Source: Utricularia gibba (taxonomy: Eukaryota > Plantae > Magnoliophyta). Taken from it: a stretch of DNA of 64,000 nt. Made by a program: the position numbers and the translations under genes. The notes beneath the pieces are model-generated. The model did not search any database. It was not told the DNA's origin and saw only the letters and a program-made list of their open reading frames with translations. Within the stretch, counting starts at the first letter, position 1, and every line of letters starts with the position of its first letter. The stretch covers positions 992,001-1,056,000 of the forward strand of contig NEEC01000011.1 in NCBI GenBank assembly GCA_002189035.1, given 5' to 3'. Of this stretch, positions 39,095 to 50,883 are shown piece after piece.

Positions 39095-39720
39095 AGATGT
39101 GTAGCTTCCTTTTCTATGAATCCAAGTTCGTTTAACATCTGTCCCAACCAAATGCTAAGTTCAAAGTATGTGCTGGTGATATGTATTCTGGTTCAGCTGT
39201 TGATTGTGCAACCACCTTTTGTTTTTTTGAAAACTCTACAGGGCTCGTATTTAAGAAGAAGAGTGCACCAAATGTACTCTTGCTATCTTCAGCCATATGA
39301 TAATCACTATCTGAGTAGGCTCTCAGTTTGAAGACTAGTTATTCACCTTCATAAGGATAGAGCAATCCGAAATCATTATTAGATTTTATATGCCTGAAAT
39401 CTTTTTTCACAATTGCCATGTGAGTTGTTGGTTTGTTGAGGAAGCGAAATAAGACATTTACTCAAAAAGACAGCTCAGGCCTTGTATGCTAGAGATAGAT
39501 GAGGCTTCCAATCATACTTCTATATATTGTAGTATTCATATTACTTCCCTGGTTGTTTTCTCGAATCACCTTTCAACAAATTCATTAGAATACTTTTTCT
39601 GAGATATAAATATTCCAACACCTTCAAGTCGATGAATTTTTATGCCTAATAGTAGGATATCATTCCAAGACCAGTCATCTTAAATTCATTTGTTTACTAG
39701 AGCTTCCTCCTTTCATCAAG
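39095..39720 (-). pseudogene. pol: Ivana-like copia RT/RNase H fragment
   Basis: Reverse complement collinear with ~32100-32700 (LRAYSDSDYHMAEDSKSTFGALF). Confidence 0.82.
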
Positions 39721-39729
39721 TGAGTCAAT

Positions 39730-42700
39730 CAAAATCACCTCTTATTCGTGGGTTGCTAATCTTTTTAGATTAGAGGGTCACATCATTTGGTATCAGAGCT
39801 TTGGATTCCTTCTCTTTATTAGTATCCTGCTCTTGTCTTAGTTCTCACATTCCAACTTATTGAAAAAAAAAAGGAGAGGTTAAACCACGTTCAACTTCGT
39901 ACTTTTGGCTTTGGCACAAAAAAAAAGGAGAAAAAAAAAGGTGCACTGGAAGTTTATTCTGAAAGAGCTCGAAATCCACTTTGAATTAATTAGGAAGAAC
40001 ATCATCAAGATCAACTTCAAGTGTGTGAAAGAGAAGGAGGATGAAGCTGAAGACCCATCACTTGCCATTGAATTATTGTCCACTCTTCGTACTTCACCCA
40101 TTGCAACAAGTAATATATTTCCTATTCTCTTTTATTTGAGTAACCCATTCCTTCTCATTTTACTTGTCCCTACATCTCATTGGACTTTTCTCTTTCTTTA
40201 TTGCCCATCCCTCTTTTTCTACAATCCCACAAGTAACGTATCTCGGTTTAGTGCCCTTCCGCCTGATTTTCCTATTCTCATTTGTTCATTGTCCATTCTT
40301 GTGGTTTATGCACTGCAACAAGCAACAAACTTACATCCATCACACTTCTCCTCTGTATCGTGAGTCAGTTAACACTGCCACCCTCACCAAACCCCATCAT
40401 GACACCTTAACCCATACCAATTTGCAAGTGATTAGTTCGTTAGATGCTATGAGAACAAGCATGATGACATTAAAGAGTGCATCAAGGACTTGAAGCTTGA
40501 GGATTGAGTGGTAAACCTTGTATGTGTTTCGTAGTTCTTTTAGTTTAGTCTCTTTTCTTCCTTGCTGCTCGTTTTCTTTTGTCTTGTATTTAGGATGTCA
40601 AATTCCAGAAGTGAGCATGAACAGGATGACTCACCGGATGGGAGGTTCACTTTGAAAGCTATGCAACAGGAATTCACAAGATTGCATCGCATTCTGGAAA
40701 ACATAAATGTCAGGCTTGATGAACACGAAAATTCTTTGCAAAATGTTGCAAGAGCCCGAAGACAAGATAATTATGCTGCTAGAAGGGGTCGAGGCATTCA
40801 AATGCATCAACGCATCAACACTGAACATGACTTAAGTGATCAACAAAGTGGAAGGATTGTTGGAAGAAGAGATCGAATCCTGAATACTGATGAAGAAGAT
40901 GACTACCTTGAACATGATGAAAATGATTTTGTACAAGAAGATTTCGAGATCAGGAAGGCAGAAGAGATGGAGGAAGAATTGGAAAGGATCTTAACAACAT
41001 CAAGATGAAGATACCTCAATATCAAGGAAAGAATGATCCAGATGTATATCTCCAATGGGAAACAAGAGTAGAACATGTGTTTGATTGCAACAACTTCTCT
41101 GAAGAAAAGAAAATCAGATTGGCCTCCATAGAATTTAGTGACTATGCTGTAATTTGGTGGGATCAATTGGTTGCTAAAAGAAGGATTGACTCTGAAGAAC
41201 CAATTCATAATTGGGATGAGATGAAAAGAGTCATGAGGAGGCGATTTGTTCCAAACCACTACCAAAGAGATGTTTATCAACGTTTACAGAATCTAAAACA
41301 GGGCTCAAGGTCAGTGGAGGAATATTGGCAGGAAATGGAGATCTTGATGATTAGAGCCAATATGCATGAAGATAGGGAGGCAACTATGGCTAGGTTCCTT
41401 AATGGGATGAATAAAGAGATTGCAAATATTGTAGAGCTTCATCACTACAGTGAGATGGAGGAAATGATTCATATGGTCACAAAAGTTGAGAAACAACTAT
41501 CTAGCAAGAGTTTCGCTCGAGATTTCAACAAGAAGACTTCAATAAAGGAGAGCGAACAATAAAGGGCACCAAGGAGATGCTGGAGAGAAATAAAGGGAGG
41601 TCCTCCATGAAAAACTTCAAATTCGACATTCCATCAAGTTCCAAGCAAGGAGAGCGAACAACACCTCCAACGGGCACTACAAGGAACATAAAATGTTTCA
41701 AGTGCTTGGGGCATGGACATATTGCTTCTGAATGTCCAAATAGATGAGCAATGGTGATGAGGATGAATTGCTTGTTTCTGGAGAAGTATTAGTAACTCGA
41801 AGGACACTTAACATTGGAGTGAAGGATAATGATGAACAAAGGGAAAACTTGTTGCAAACCCGGCGCTTTGTTATTGATGGAGGAAGTTGCACCAATGTTG
41901 CCAGCAATATCTTGGTGGAGAAATTGAGACTACCATTCGTGAGATATCCTAAGTGTTACAATTTACAGTGGTTCAATGAAGGAAGTGAGGTAAAGGTTAC
42001 CAAACAAGTGCTTGTGACGTTTTCAATAGGGAGATATGAAGATGAAGTTCTATGTGATATTGTCCCTATGCATGTAAGTTATATTCTTCTTGGGAGGCCT
42101 TGGGAATATGATAGAAGAGCGTTTCATGATGGTTTCAAGAATAAATATTCGTTCAATCATAATGTACTCTCCATCACACTTGCTCCAATATCTCCAAACG
42201 AGGCACATGAAGATCAAGTCAAAATCCTTAGTGATCCTAGAGCCCTGCATAGTGCTATTGGAAAACACCAGGAGGTCGTGCCTAAGGGAGAAGATATGAG
42301 TGGAGTGAAAATGAGTGGAAAAAAAGTGGAGAGAAAAGAAGAGATGGGAAGGAATTGAGTGAAAAAAGGGATGACAATGAGTGTAAAATAGAAAGTGTAA
42401 ACATTAGTGTTTTGGAAATTGAGAGAATGGATGAGAGTCTATTAGCAAGACCAAGGGAAATTAGCAACCAATTCTTCTACTTATGTACAAGGATGAAGTT
42501 ATTAATTTCCCTAATAATGTTTCACTCATTACATCTTGTATTGTGTCTCTCTTACAGGTATATGAAGATGAATTTCTAGAAGAACTTCAAGGCCTACCTC
42601 TTCTTAGAGGGATTGAGCATCAAATTGACCTTGTGCCTGGAGCACAACTCCCAAACCGACCAGCCTACCGAGCTAATCTAGAGGAGACCAAGGAAATACA

Positions 42701-43435
42701 AAAGCAAGTTGAGGAATTGATTTGTAGAGGATTTGTGCGTGAGAGCATGAGCCCTTGCTCTGTGCCGGTGTTATTGGTTCCAAAGTCTGATGGAACTTGG
42801 CAGATGTGCACTAATTGTCGAGCCATCAACAACATCACAATCAAGTATAGACATCCTATCTCTAGACTTGAAGATATGCTTGATGAATTGTATGGTGCTT
42901 GTGTTTTTACTAAGATAGATTTCAGAAGTGGATATCATCAGATTCGAATGAAGGAGGGTGATGAGAGGAAAACTGCTTTTAAAACTAAGTTTTGTTTGTA
43001 TGAGTGTGTTGTTATGCCTTTTGGATTAACTAATTATCCTAGCACCTTTATGAGATTGATGAATCATGTTTTAGGCCTTTTATAAGTAGATTTGTTGTTG
43101 TTTATTTTGATGATATTCTGATATATAGTAAGAGTATTGAGGAACATGTAGGCCATTTGAAAGATGTGTTAGATACTATTAGAAAAGAGAAGTTGTTTGT
43201 CAACCTCAAGAAGTATGTATTTTGCACAAATAGTGTCTCTTTTCTTGGGTATGTTGTAAGTGATGTAGGAGTAGGTGTGGATGAAGAGAAAGTGAGAGCA
43301 ATCAAGGAATGGCCAACACCTAATTCAGTTGGTGAAGTTCAGAGTTTTCATGGTTTAGCAGGTTTCTATAGACGGTTTGTTAAGAACTTCAGCTCTATAG
43401 CAGCACCCCTCACTCAATTGATCAAGAAAAATCAA
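39730..43435 (+). mobile_element. CRM-1 copy E: last ~56 bp of 5' LTR, PBS, UTR, gag, PR, RT, part of RH
   Basis: CACATCA at 39785, PBS TGGTATCAGAGCTT 39788-39801; ORFs 40562-41008, 41005-41562, 41744-42358, 42483-43085, 43157-43438. Confidence 0.92.
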
Positions 43436-43930
43436 TGATAATGCTTATAAGATTGATCTTCCAGTTGAGTTTTTTGTGCACTCCATATTCAATATTGCTG
43501 ACTTGGTTCATTATGATGTAGATGGTGACGATTCAAGGATGAATCTGCGGAAAGAAGGGGGGTATGATGAGATCATGGATGCTACAAACTATCCCAATGA
43601 AGATAAAGGACACAAAATCAATAATCCTCCATTGATTTCAGTTGGGCCAATCACTAGATCAAGAGAAAGAAGAAGTCAAGAAGTGCTAAGAGCTTATGGG
43701 GCCAATCAACCAAGCTATGAGGTGTTTGGCATGAAATTCAACATTCTCAAAGTGGATCAACTTAATTAGAGAAAGCACATTATTATCAAATATATTATTA
43801 TTACTAATTTTCCTCCAATAAGACCCAATCTTTCATCTATATAAGAAGATCTTACTCTTGTTTTGGACAACTTGGATTGTAATCATTTTTTAGAGCTATT
43901 CTCCTTCCTTGAGTTCTTGTAGAACTTAGA
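43436..43930 (+). mobile_element. CRM-2 3' end: integrase tail, PPT, truncated 3' LTR from 43565
   Basis: NDNAYKIDLP, DSRMNLRKEGGYDEIMDA, PPT AAAGAAGGGGGG, GPITRSRERRSQE. Confidence 0.85.
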
Positions 43931-43959
43931 TTGGGAGTAAAGGTGGAAGTTAAGTACAT

Positions 43960-44335
43960 GAGATAGATGATGAGGAGCAATAACCTGTCATTGGTGACTC
44001 TTTGGTAACAAGAAGGACTTTAGCCATAGATTCAAAGCCAATAGAGGAGCAATGCAAAAACTTATTGCATACACGTTGTTTTGTGCATGGGAAGGTTTCT
44101 AGCATAAAAATCGATGGAGGCAGTTGCATAAATGTTGCCAGCACTCTCAAGGTGGATAAACTCCATCTTCCTACTCTCAAACATCCAAATCCCTACAGAC
44201 TTCAATGGTTGAACAAAGGGAGTTAAGTAAAGATCAATAAGCAAGTTTTTGTTGCTTTCTAAACTGGAAAGTATTTAGATGAGGTTCTTTGTGATGTAGT
44301 GCCCATGCGTGCAAGACATATACTTTTGGGAAGTT
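43960..44335 (+). pseudogene. pol: CRM-2-type protease fragment
   Basis: NLLHTRCFVHGKVSSIKIDGGSCINVAS..LKHPNPYRLQWL. Confidence 0.8.
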
Positions 44336-44423
44336 GATTGAAGAAGAGATTGAAATTGAGTTTCATTTTAATAGCAAGAACACCTTCAATATTAATTTCA
44401 AGGGTGTAAGAAGAGAAGTAATG

Positions 44424-45544
44424 TGATGAGATAATGGATGCTACAGACTATCCTAATGAAAATATAGGACACAAGATCAATAATCCTCCATTAATTTCAA
44501 TTGGGCGAATCACTAGACCAACAGTAAGAAGCAATCAAGAAGTGCTTAAGAGCTTATGGGCCAATCAACCAAGCTATGAGGTGTTTGGCATGGAATTCAA
44601 CATTTTCAAAGTGGATCAACTTAATTAGAGAAAGCCCATTATTACCAAATACATTATTATTACTAATTTTACTCTAATAAGACCCAATCTTACATCTATA
44701 TAAGAAGCCCTTACTCTTGTATTAGACAACTTGGATTGTGATGTGACCCTCTAATCTACAAAGATTAGCAACCCACGAATAAGAGGTGATTTTGAAGGTT
44801 AGAAAGTATCCCACCCAAGTCTACCCTCAAGAGAATGAATCTCTTGCAACTAGACTTCGAAACAAAGAAAATTAGGAGCCACACTTCAGGAAAGAGAAGC
44901 GATTGGAAGTGATAATCCTGGGACGCCACAAGTTCAAAGCTTAATAAGTCAAGAGTGTACAAGCGCTCAAATAAGAGAAGAAATCTCACAACATACATGA
45001 AAATGACTAAACGTACTTAAAGAGTACAATTCTAGAGTATTTGTACTCTAGGATTTGCTGTAACATTACTTGGCTCAAACAACAAGCCCAATGCTCTAAG
45101 ATAAATCCACCTTCAAGTAGTTGAGCTCTTTTGATAGGATGTCTTCAAGCCCATGTTTGATTTCAATTGTATTGAGTGGAGCCTTAAGTGTATCTTCAAG
45201 CATCTTGCTCTTACTTCTAGTCATTGGTCCCGTTGGAATCATCTTTGTCTCTAATGTGTTCACTTGGATAATTTCCTCATCATTCTTTAAATACATTTCA
45301 TTATCTTCTTGGGGCTCATCAGATTGTAATCACTTTTGAGAGTTATTCTCCTTCCTTGAATTCTTGTAAAACTTAAACTTATCAGGCGTTGTTTGTAGTG
45401 TCTATTGTGTGGTTTATCACTACCAATTCCTGCCTTGATTATGTAGGTGTGGTATCATTTCATAGTTTGGGTTGTAAGGATCTTTCAATCCTTGAGGGCC
45501 AAGATCTAGTTTGCCAATTACTTGTTGATTGGAGGGTCGTATCA
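44424..45544 (+). repeat. CRM-2 solo LTR (interrupted), TSD TAATG/TAGTG
   Basis: TGATGAG...GTCGTATCA; 4/5 flank match; host UTR rejoins across it. Confidence 0.85.
44739..45321 (-). repeat. CRM-1a solo LTR with perfect TSD GATTG
   Basis: GATTG at 44734-44738 and 45322-45326; empty site visible in the CRM-2 LTR at ~43872-43880. Confidence 0.95.
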
Positions 45545-46183
45545 TAGTGTGAAGGTGAACATCCATCACCCATTACTATCATCCATAATTGATGTGTTTC
45601 TTTGTAACTACTTTATTGTTATTTTCCATATAATCAATCCCCATCCTCTGTCATTTACTTGTCTTTACCATTCCATCTGACTATTCTTATTGTTAATTGC
45701 CCATTCCTGTATTTCTACAATTTCACAAGCAACCTATTTCGTGTTTAGTGCTCATATCTCTGTTTTCATATGTTCTTACCTTGTTGTCCATCCCTCCTAT
45801 TTATCTACTATAACAAGCGGTCAACATAATTCAACCAATCCTTCTTTGTCTCTATTTTAAAACAATTAACACTGCCACACTCACCTAACCCCATCATAAA
45901 ACCATAATCAATTCTTGAGGTGCCAGGAGGTCAAGCATGATGAGGTTATGGAGTACATCAAGAACTTGAAGCTTAGGGATTGAGTGGTAAACCTAGTGTG
46001 TGTTTCTTTATTCTTTCACTTTATTCTTTTTTCTTTCTTTTGCTGCTCGTTTCTTTTGTCTTCTGTTTAGAATGTCAAATTCAAGAAGTGAGCATGAAAA
46101 GGATGACTCACCGGATGAGAAGTTCACTTTGAAAGCTATGCAACAAGAATATGCAAGATTGAATCGGATTCTGGAAAACTCCC

Positions 46184-47478
46184 TGTTGGAGATCAGCCTT
46201 AATCAAAAGCTTGAAGGTGAATGGAAGCACAAAACTTGTGTCATAATGTCATATTTCAGATAAAAAGATGTTGGGTTCAAGCATTGAAGTGTTGGATTCG
46301 AGTTGTAGGGCTGTTTGTGTGTTTTCAATGATTGTGGCCCACTGTTGGGTAACCTAGGTATTGGGTATATATAAACGCTACTAGGAATGCGTGTCAATTA
46401 GGTTTTTGGTCATTCTTATTGTTCATGAGTCGTTTTTCATCCAAGGTGATCTCATAAGCATTACCTTTTTAATACTTCCCAAGACTCTATTTTTCTTGCA
46501 ACAACATGGTATCAGAGCAGTAAGGTTCTAAAACCTGTGTTCGTTTCAGTATTTTATATACCGTTCAGCATTTTTTACTTGGTGGATTACCAAGTATCAA
46601 CCCAAAGCTTGTCAAGCGATGGCTATGATGGCATCTGGTAGAGGACCTCCAATATTTGATGGTTAGAGTATGGAAGCTAGGTCAAAAAGATGCGCAGCTA
46701 CCTTCGGGTCAAAAAGATTTGGGATGTTGTCGAAAGGGAGATTCTGGCTATTACAATAACAAGCAAATCCACATCAGAACAGCAAGAGGAAGCTGAGTAT
46801 CTTCAACAGAGAAAAGATGAAGCAATGGATGCCTTGTATCAAGCCATATCTGAACATCCTTGATGATATTGCAGAGTGTCAATCACGGAAAGAAATATGG
46901 ATACTCTCAAATCCCATTATGAAGGTGATGCCAAACTGAGAGAGATATTATGCAAAAACAAGCTGGAGAACTTTGAGAGGAACAAAATGTTAGACAATGA
47001 AACGATATAAGTCTATTATGAACGTACTGCGAAGCTTGTGAAGGAGATTCGAGGATTGGGGGAAAAACTTGAGGATCAAAAGGTGATTAGCAAGGCAATC
47101 ATGAGCCTACCTGCAAGATTCGAGCCAAATTTATGTGCACTTGAGACAGAAAGAAAAATCCTTGACATTATTGAAAGAAAGCTCCATCAGCTGTATCCTG
47201 AATATCCTGTTACACCAGAGACAACATTTAGAGAGTTCATAATTGAGTTGCAATCTACAGAAAAGAGATTGGAGCTAAGAGATGGTTATGAAGTTGAGAA
47301 AACTTATGGTGAAGCTGCTCTACTCACCAAAATGCAGAATATGAATATAAACTCAGGTGCAATTAACAATGTCAAGGATGTCAAGTCAACAGCCATCAAA
47401 CAATCACCAACGTCAATCCCAACATCAATGATGGGTAATCAGAAGTGCAGGCATTGTAACAAATCCAATCATAAGAGT
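46184..47478 (+). mobile_element. Ivana-like copia 5' part: LTR 46184-46506, PBS, disabled gag to first knuckle
   Basis: PBS TGGTATCAGAGC 46507-46518; 1-bp deletion and TAG early in gag. Confidence 0.92.
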
Positions 47479-50400
47479 TACAGCATCTTGGACATCATCA
47501 TTCAACTTGCAGAAACTTATTGTAGGAGCCTTTTTCTAATGTCAGTAACATGACTATCTTCATTATCTATTGAATCTCTAATGTTTTTGCGTTTCCTCCT
47601 TTGCCAATCACGATCACATGGGTAATAATCTTCATCATCAGTATCAGCTTACTGTCCATCAGATTCATCTGTTGATAAATCTTCTGCATTCGTGCCTTGC
47701 TCCTCTTCTGGGATTTCGAAATTCCCATCTTAATGTTGATCATTAGTCTGATGAGATTGTCCATATAGGGTTCAGAGTTTGATTCTGAATTCTCATTGGA
47801 CGAGCCATCTTGATTTGTGACCTTCTCCTCCTCTTGAGCTGGAAAATTCTTATTTGAATGCTGATCATTTACTTGATTTGAATCTTCATGAACGAGTTCT
47901 GAAGTTTCTTGGTTTGTTGAATTCTAGGAAGAGAAGTTTTGAGGCATGTGTGTCCAGAGGTCTCCTTTCACATGGGTGCTATGCCTTCCAAGACTTTTAT
48001 GAGCTTCTGCATCATTTAGAGCAATGCAATCATCAATTAAAGTATACATTGCTCCTTCATCAAAAGAGACATCATGGGTGAAGTTAAATTTCTTCTGGTC
48101 AGTTATATAAACTCTATATCCCTTGGTAGTGTTGCTATATCCAACAAATATACCAGATACAGATTTCTTTTCAAGTTTTCCTCATTTTTGGTCTGGTACA
48201 TGAGTAAAACATAGACTACCAAAGATTTTGAGATAATCAATCTTTTTAATATAACCATGCCATTTTTCATGGGCGGTTTTTCCACTAATCGCCCTTGAGG
48301 GAAGCAAGTTCAATAAATATACAGATATAGATACCGCTTCAGCCAAGAAATTTACAGGAAGATCTTTCTCAAACAAAAGACATCTTGTCATATCAAGGAT
48401 TGTTCTGTTTCTCCTTTCACATACACCATTCTGTTGTGGAGAATATGATATGGTGAATTGATGCATGATTCCGTCATTTTCACAGAACATTCTCATGCTA
48501 TTATTGTAGAATTCGCCTCCATTGTCTAATCTAATCATCTTCAAAGAGCATCCACTCTGATTCTCAATCATCACTTTGAATTTTCGAAAGATATGAGGAA
48601 CTTCTGACTTGCTTTTAAGAAAGTAAACTCAACAATAACGTGAATAATCATCAATGAATGTAACAAAATATCTACTCCCCCTAATTAACATTCCTTAAAT
48701 GGTCCACAAAGATCTGTATGCACAAACTCTAATTTCTCCTTTCCTACTGAATCACTGGAATAAAAGGGCTTTCTACACTGTTTACCTTGATGGCACACTT
48801 CACATATGGTATTAGCAAACTTGATGTTTTTCAATTCCAATCCTTCCTTATTCTTCTGCAATATTTTCAAATTGTTGAAGCTATAGTGCCCAAAACGTTT
48901 GTGCCAAAGGCTGCTTTGATCCTAAAGTGAGAAAATACAACTTTTATAATCACTAACCATGATTTGGTAGAGGTTGTAGGTGGTCAACACAGCATGGAAT
49001 TCAATCTTCGTTTTTGGATCAGCAACCTTAACTTTAGTGGTTACACCACCAGCATACTTCATCAGCTCAATGTCAAAACCTTGCCTACTCAATTGGCTAA
49101 AGCTCAACAGGTTATGTTTGAGGTTTGGTGAATAATAAACATCATCAACTTGAACAATTCCTTCTTTTAGCAAGAGGAAAATGATTCCTTTGCCCACAAT
49201 GCCAATATTTTCACCAGTGCACATGCTTACCTCCTTCTCAATCTTTTCAAGCTTGAGAAATGACCTTGTATTACAACATACATGATAGGAGGCATCAGAG
49301 TCCAAGTACCAGCCTTTAGCATCTGAGACTACTGTCATTAGAGAACACTCATACTCAAAAGGATCTTCAAAAGATATTTCTGGCTCATCTTCAAAGTAGG
49401 TAAAAGATGCATGTGATTTCTCTTCCCCGGAAGTAGCCTTCTTGTTATGCTCAACTTTTATTAGATTTGATATTCCACATACCTTGTCAAGATGGCCTCC
49501 TTGATTGCATTTCGTTTACAAAGCATCAGGCTTCCACCAACAAAACTCACTCCTGTGATTCTGGTTGTTACAATGCTTGCAAGCATTTGTGCTTAAAGTC
49601 CAACAATCTTCACTCTTATGGTTGGATTTGTCACAATGCCTGCACTTCTAATTGCCCATCGTTGATGTTAGGATTGACGTTGGTGATTGTTTGATGGCTG
49701 TTGACTTGACATCCTTGACATTGTTAATTACACCTGAGTTTATATTCATATTCTGCATTTTGTTGAGTAGAGCTGCTTTACCATAAGTTTTCTCAACTTC
49801 ATAACCATCTCTTAGCTCCAATCTCTTTTCTGTAGATTGCAACTCAATCATGAACTCTCTAAAGGTTGGCTCTGGTGTAACAGGATATTCAGGATACAGC
49901 TAATCGAGCTTTCCTTCAATAATGTCAAGGATTTTTCTTTCTGTCTCAAGTGCACATAACTTTGGCTCGAATCTTGCAGGTAGGCTCATGATTGCCTTGC
50001 TAATCACCTTTTGATCCTCAAGTTTTTCTCCCAATCCTCGAATCTCCTTCACAAGCTTTGCAGTACGTTCATAATAGACTTGTATGGTTTCATTGTCTAA
50101 CATTTTGTTCCTCTCAAAGTCCTCTCAGTTTGGCATCGCCTTCATAATGGGATTTCAGAGTATCCCATATATCTTTTGCTGATTGACACTCTGCAATATC
50201 ATCAAATAGATGTTCAGAGATGGCTTGATACAAGGCATCCATTGCTTCATCTTTTCTCTGTTGAAGATACTCAGCTTCCTCTTGCTGTTATGATGTGGAT
50301 TTGCTTGTTATTGTAATAGCCGGAATCTCCCTTTCGACAACATCCCAAATCTTTCTGACCCGAAGGTAGCTGCGCATCTTTTTGACCTAGCTTCCATACT

Positions 50401-50883
50401 CTAACCATCAAATATTGGAGGTCCTCTACCAGATGCCATCATAGCCACCGCTTGACAAGCTTTGGGTTGATACTTGGTAATCCACCAAATAAAAAACGCT
50501 GAACGGTATATAAAATACTGAAACGAACACAGGTTTGAGAATCTTACTGCTCTGATACCATGTTGTTGCAAGAAAAATAGAGTCTTGGGAAGTATTAAAA
50601 AGGTAATGCTTATGAGATCACCTTGGATGAAAAACGACTCATGAACAATAAGAATGACCGAAAACCTAATTGACACGCATTCCTAGTAGGGTTTATATAT
50701 ACCCAATACCTAGATTACCCAACAGTGGGCCACAATCATTGAAAACACACAAAAAGCCCAACAACTCGAATCCAACACTTCCATGCTCGAACACAACACC
50801 TTTTTATCTGAAATATGACATTATGACACAAGTTTAGTGCTTCCAATCACCTTCAAGCTTTGGATTGAGGCTGATCTCCAACA
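47479..50883 (-). mobile_element. Ivana-like copia 5' part: LTR 50561-50883, PBS, gag, PR, integrase, linker
   Basis: PBS 50549-50560; WYLDSDASYH, CEVCHQGKQCR, VHTDLCGPF, IRLDNGGEF, SYSPQQNGVCERRNRT. Confidence 0.92.

Larger units (their letters stand above)
44337..46180 (+). mobile_element. CRM-1 5' UTR and gag N-terminus hosting two nested solo LTRs
   Basis: 44337-44423 plus 45545-46070 restore the UTR seen in copy A; gag MSNSRSEHEKDDSPDEKFTLKAMQQEY cut by copia at 46184. Confidence 0.82.

Noticed and set aside
1005-46263. Many 60-150 aa F/L/S-rich ORFs as small membrane proteins or env
   Set aside because: They are antisense or off-frame shadows of purine-rich gag-pol and T-rich UTRs; similarity between copies follows the DNA repeat
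46184-50883. One element integrated with inverted LTRs
   Set aside because: Flanks CTCCC and ATGTA are not a TSD and belong to different host elements
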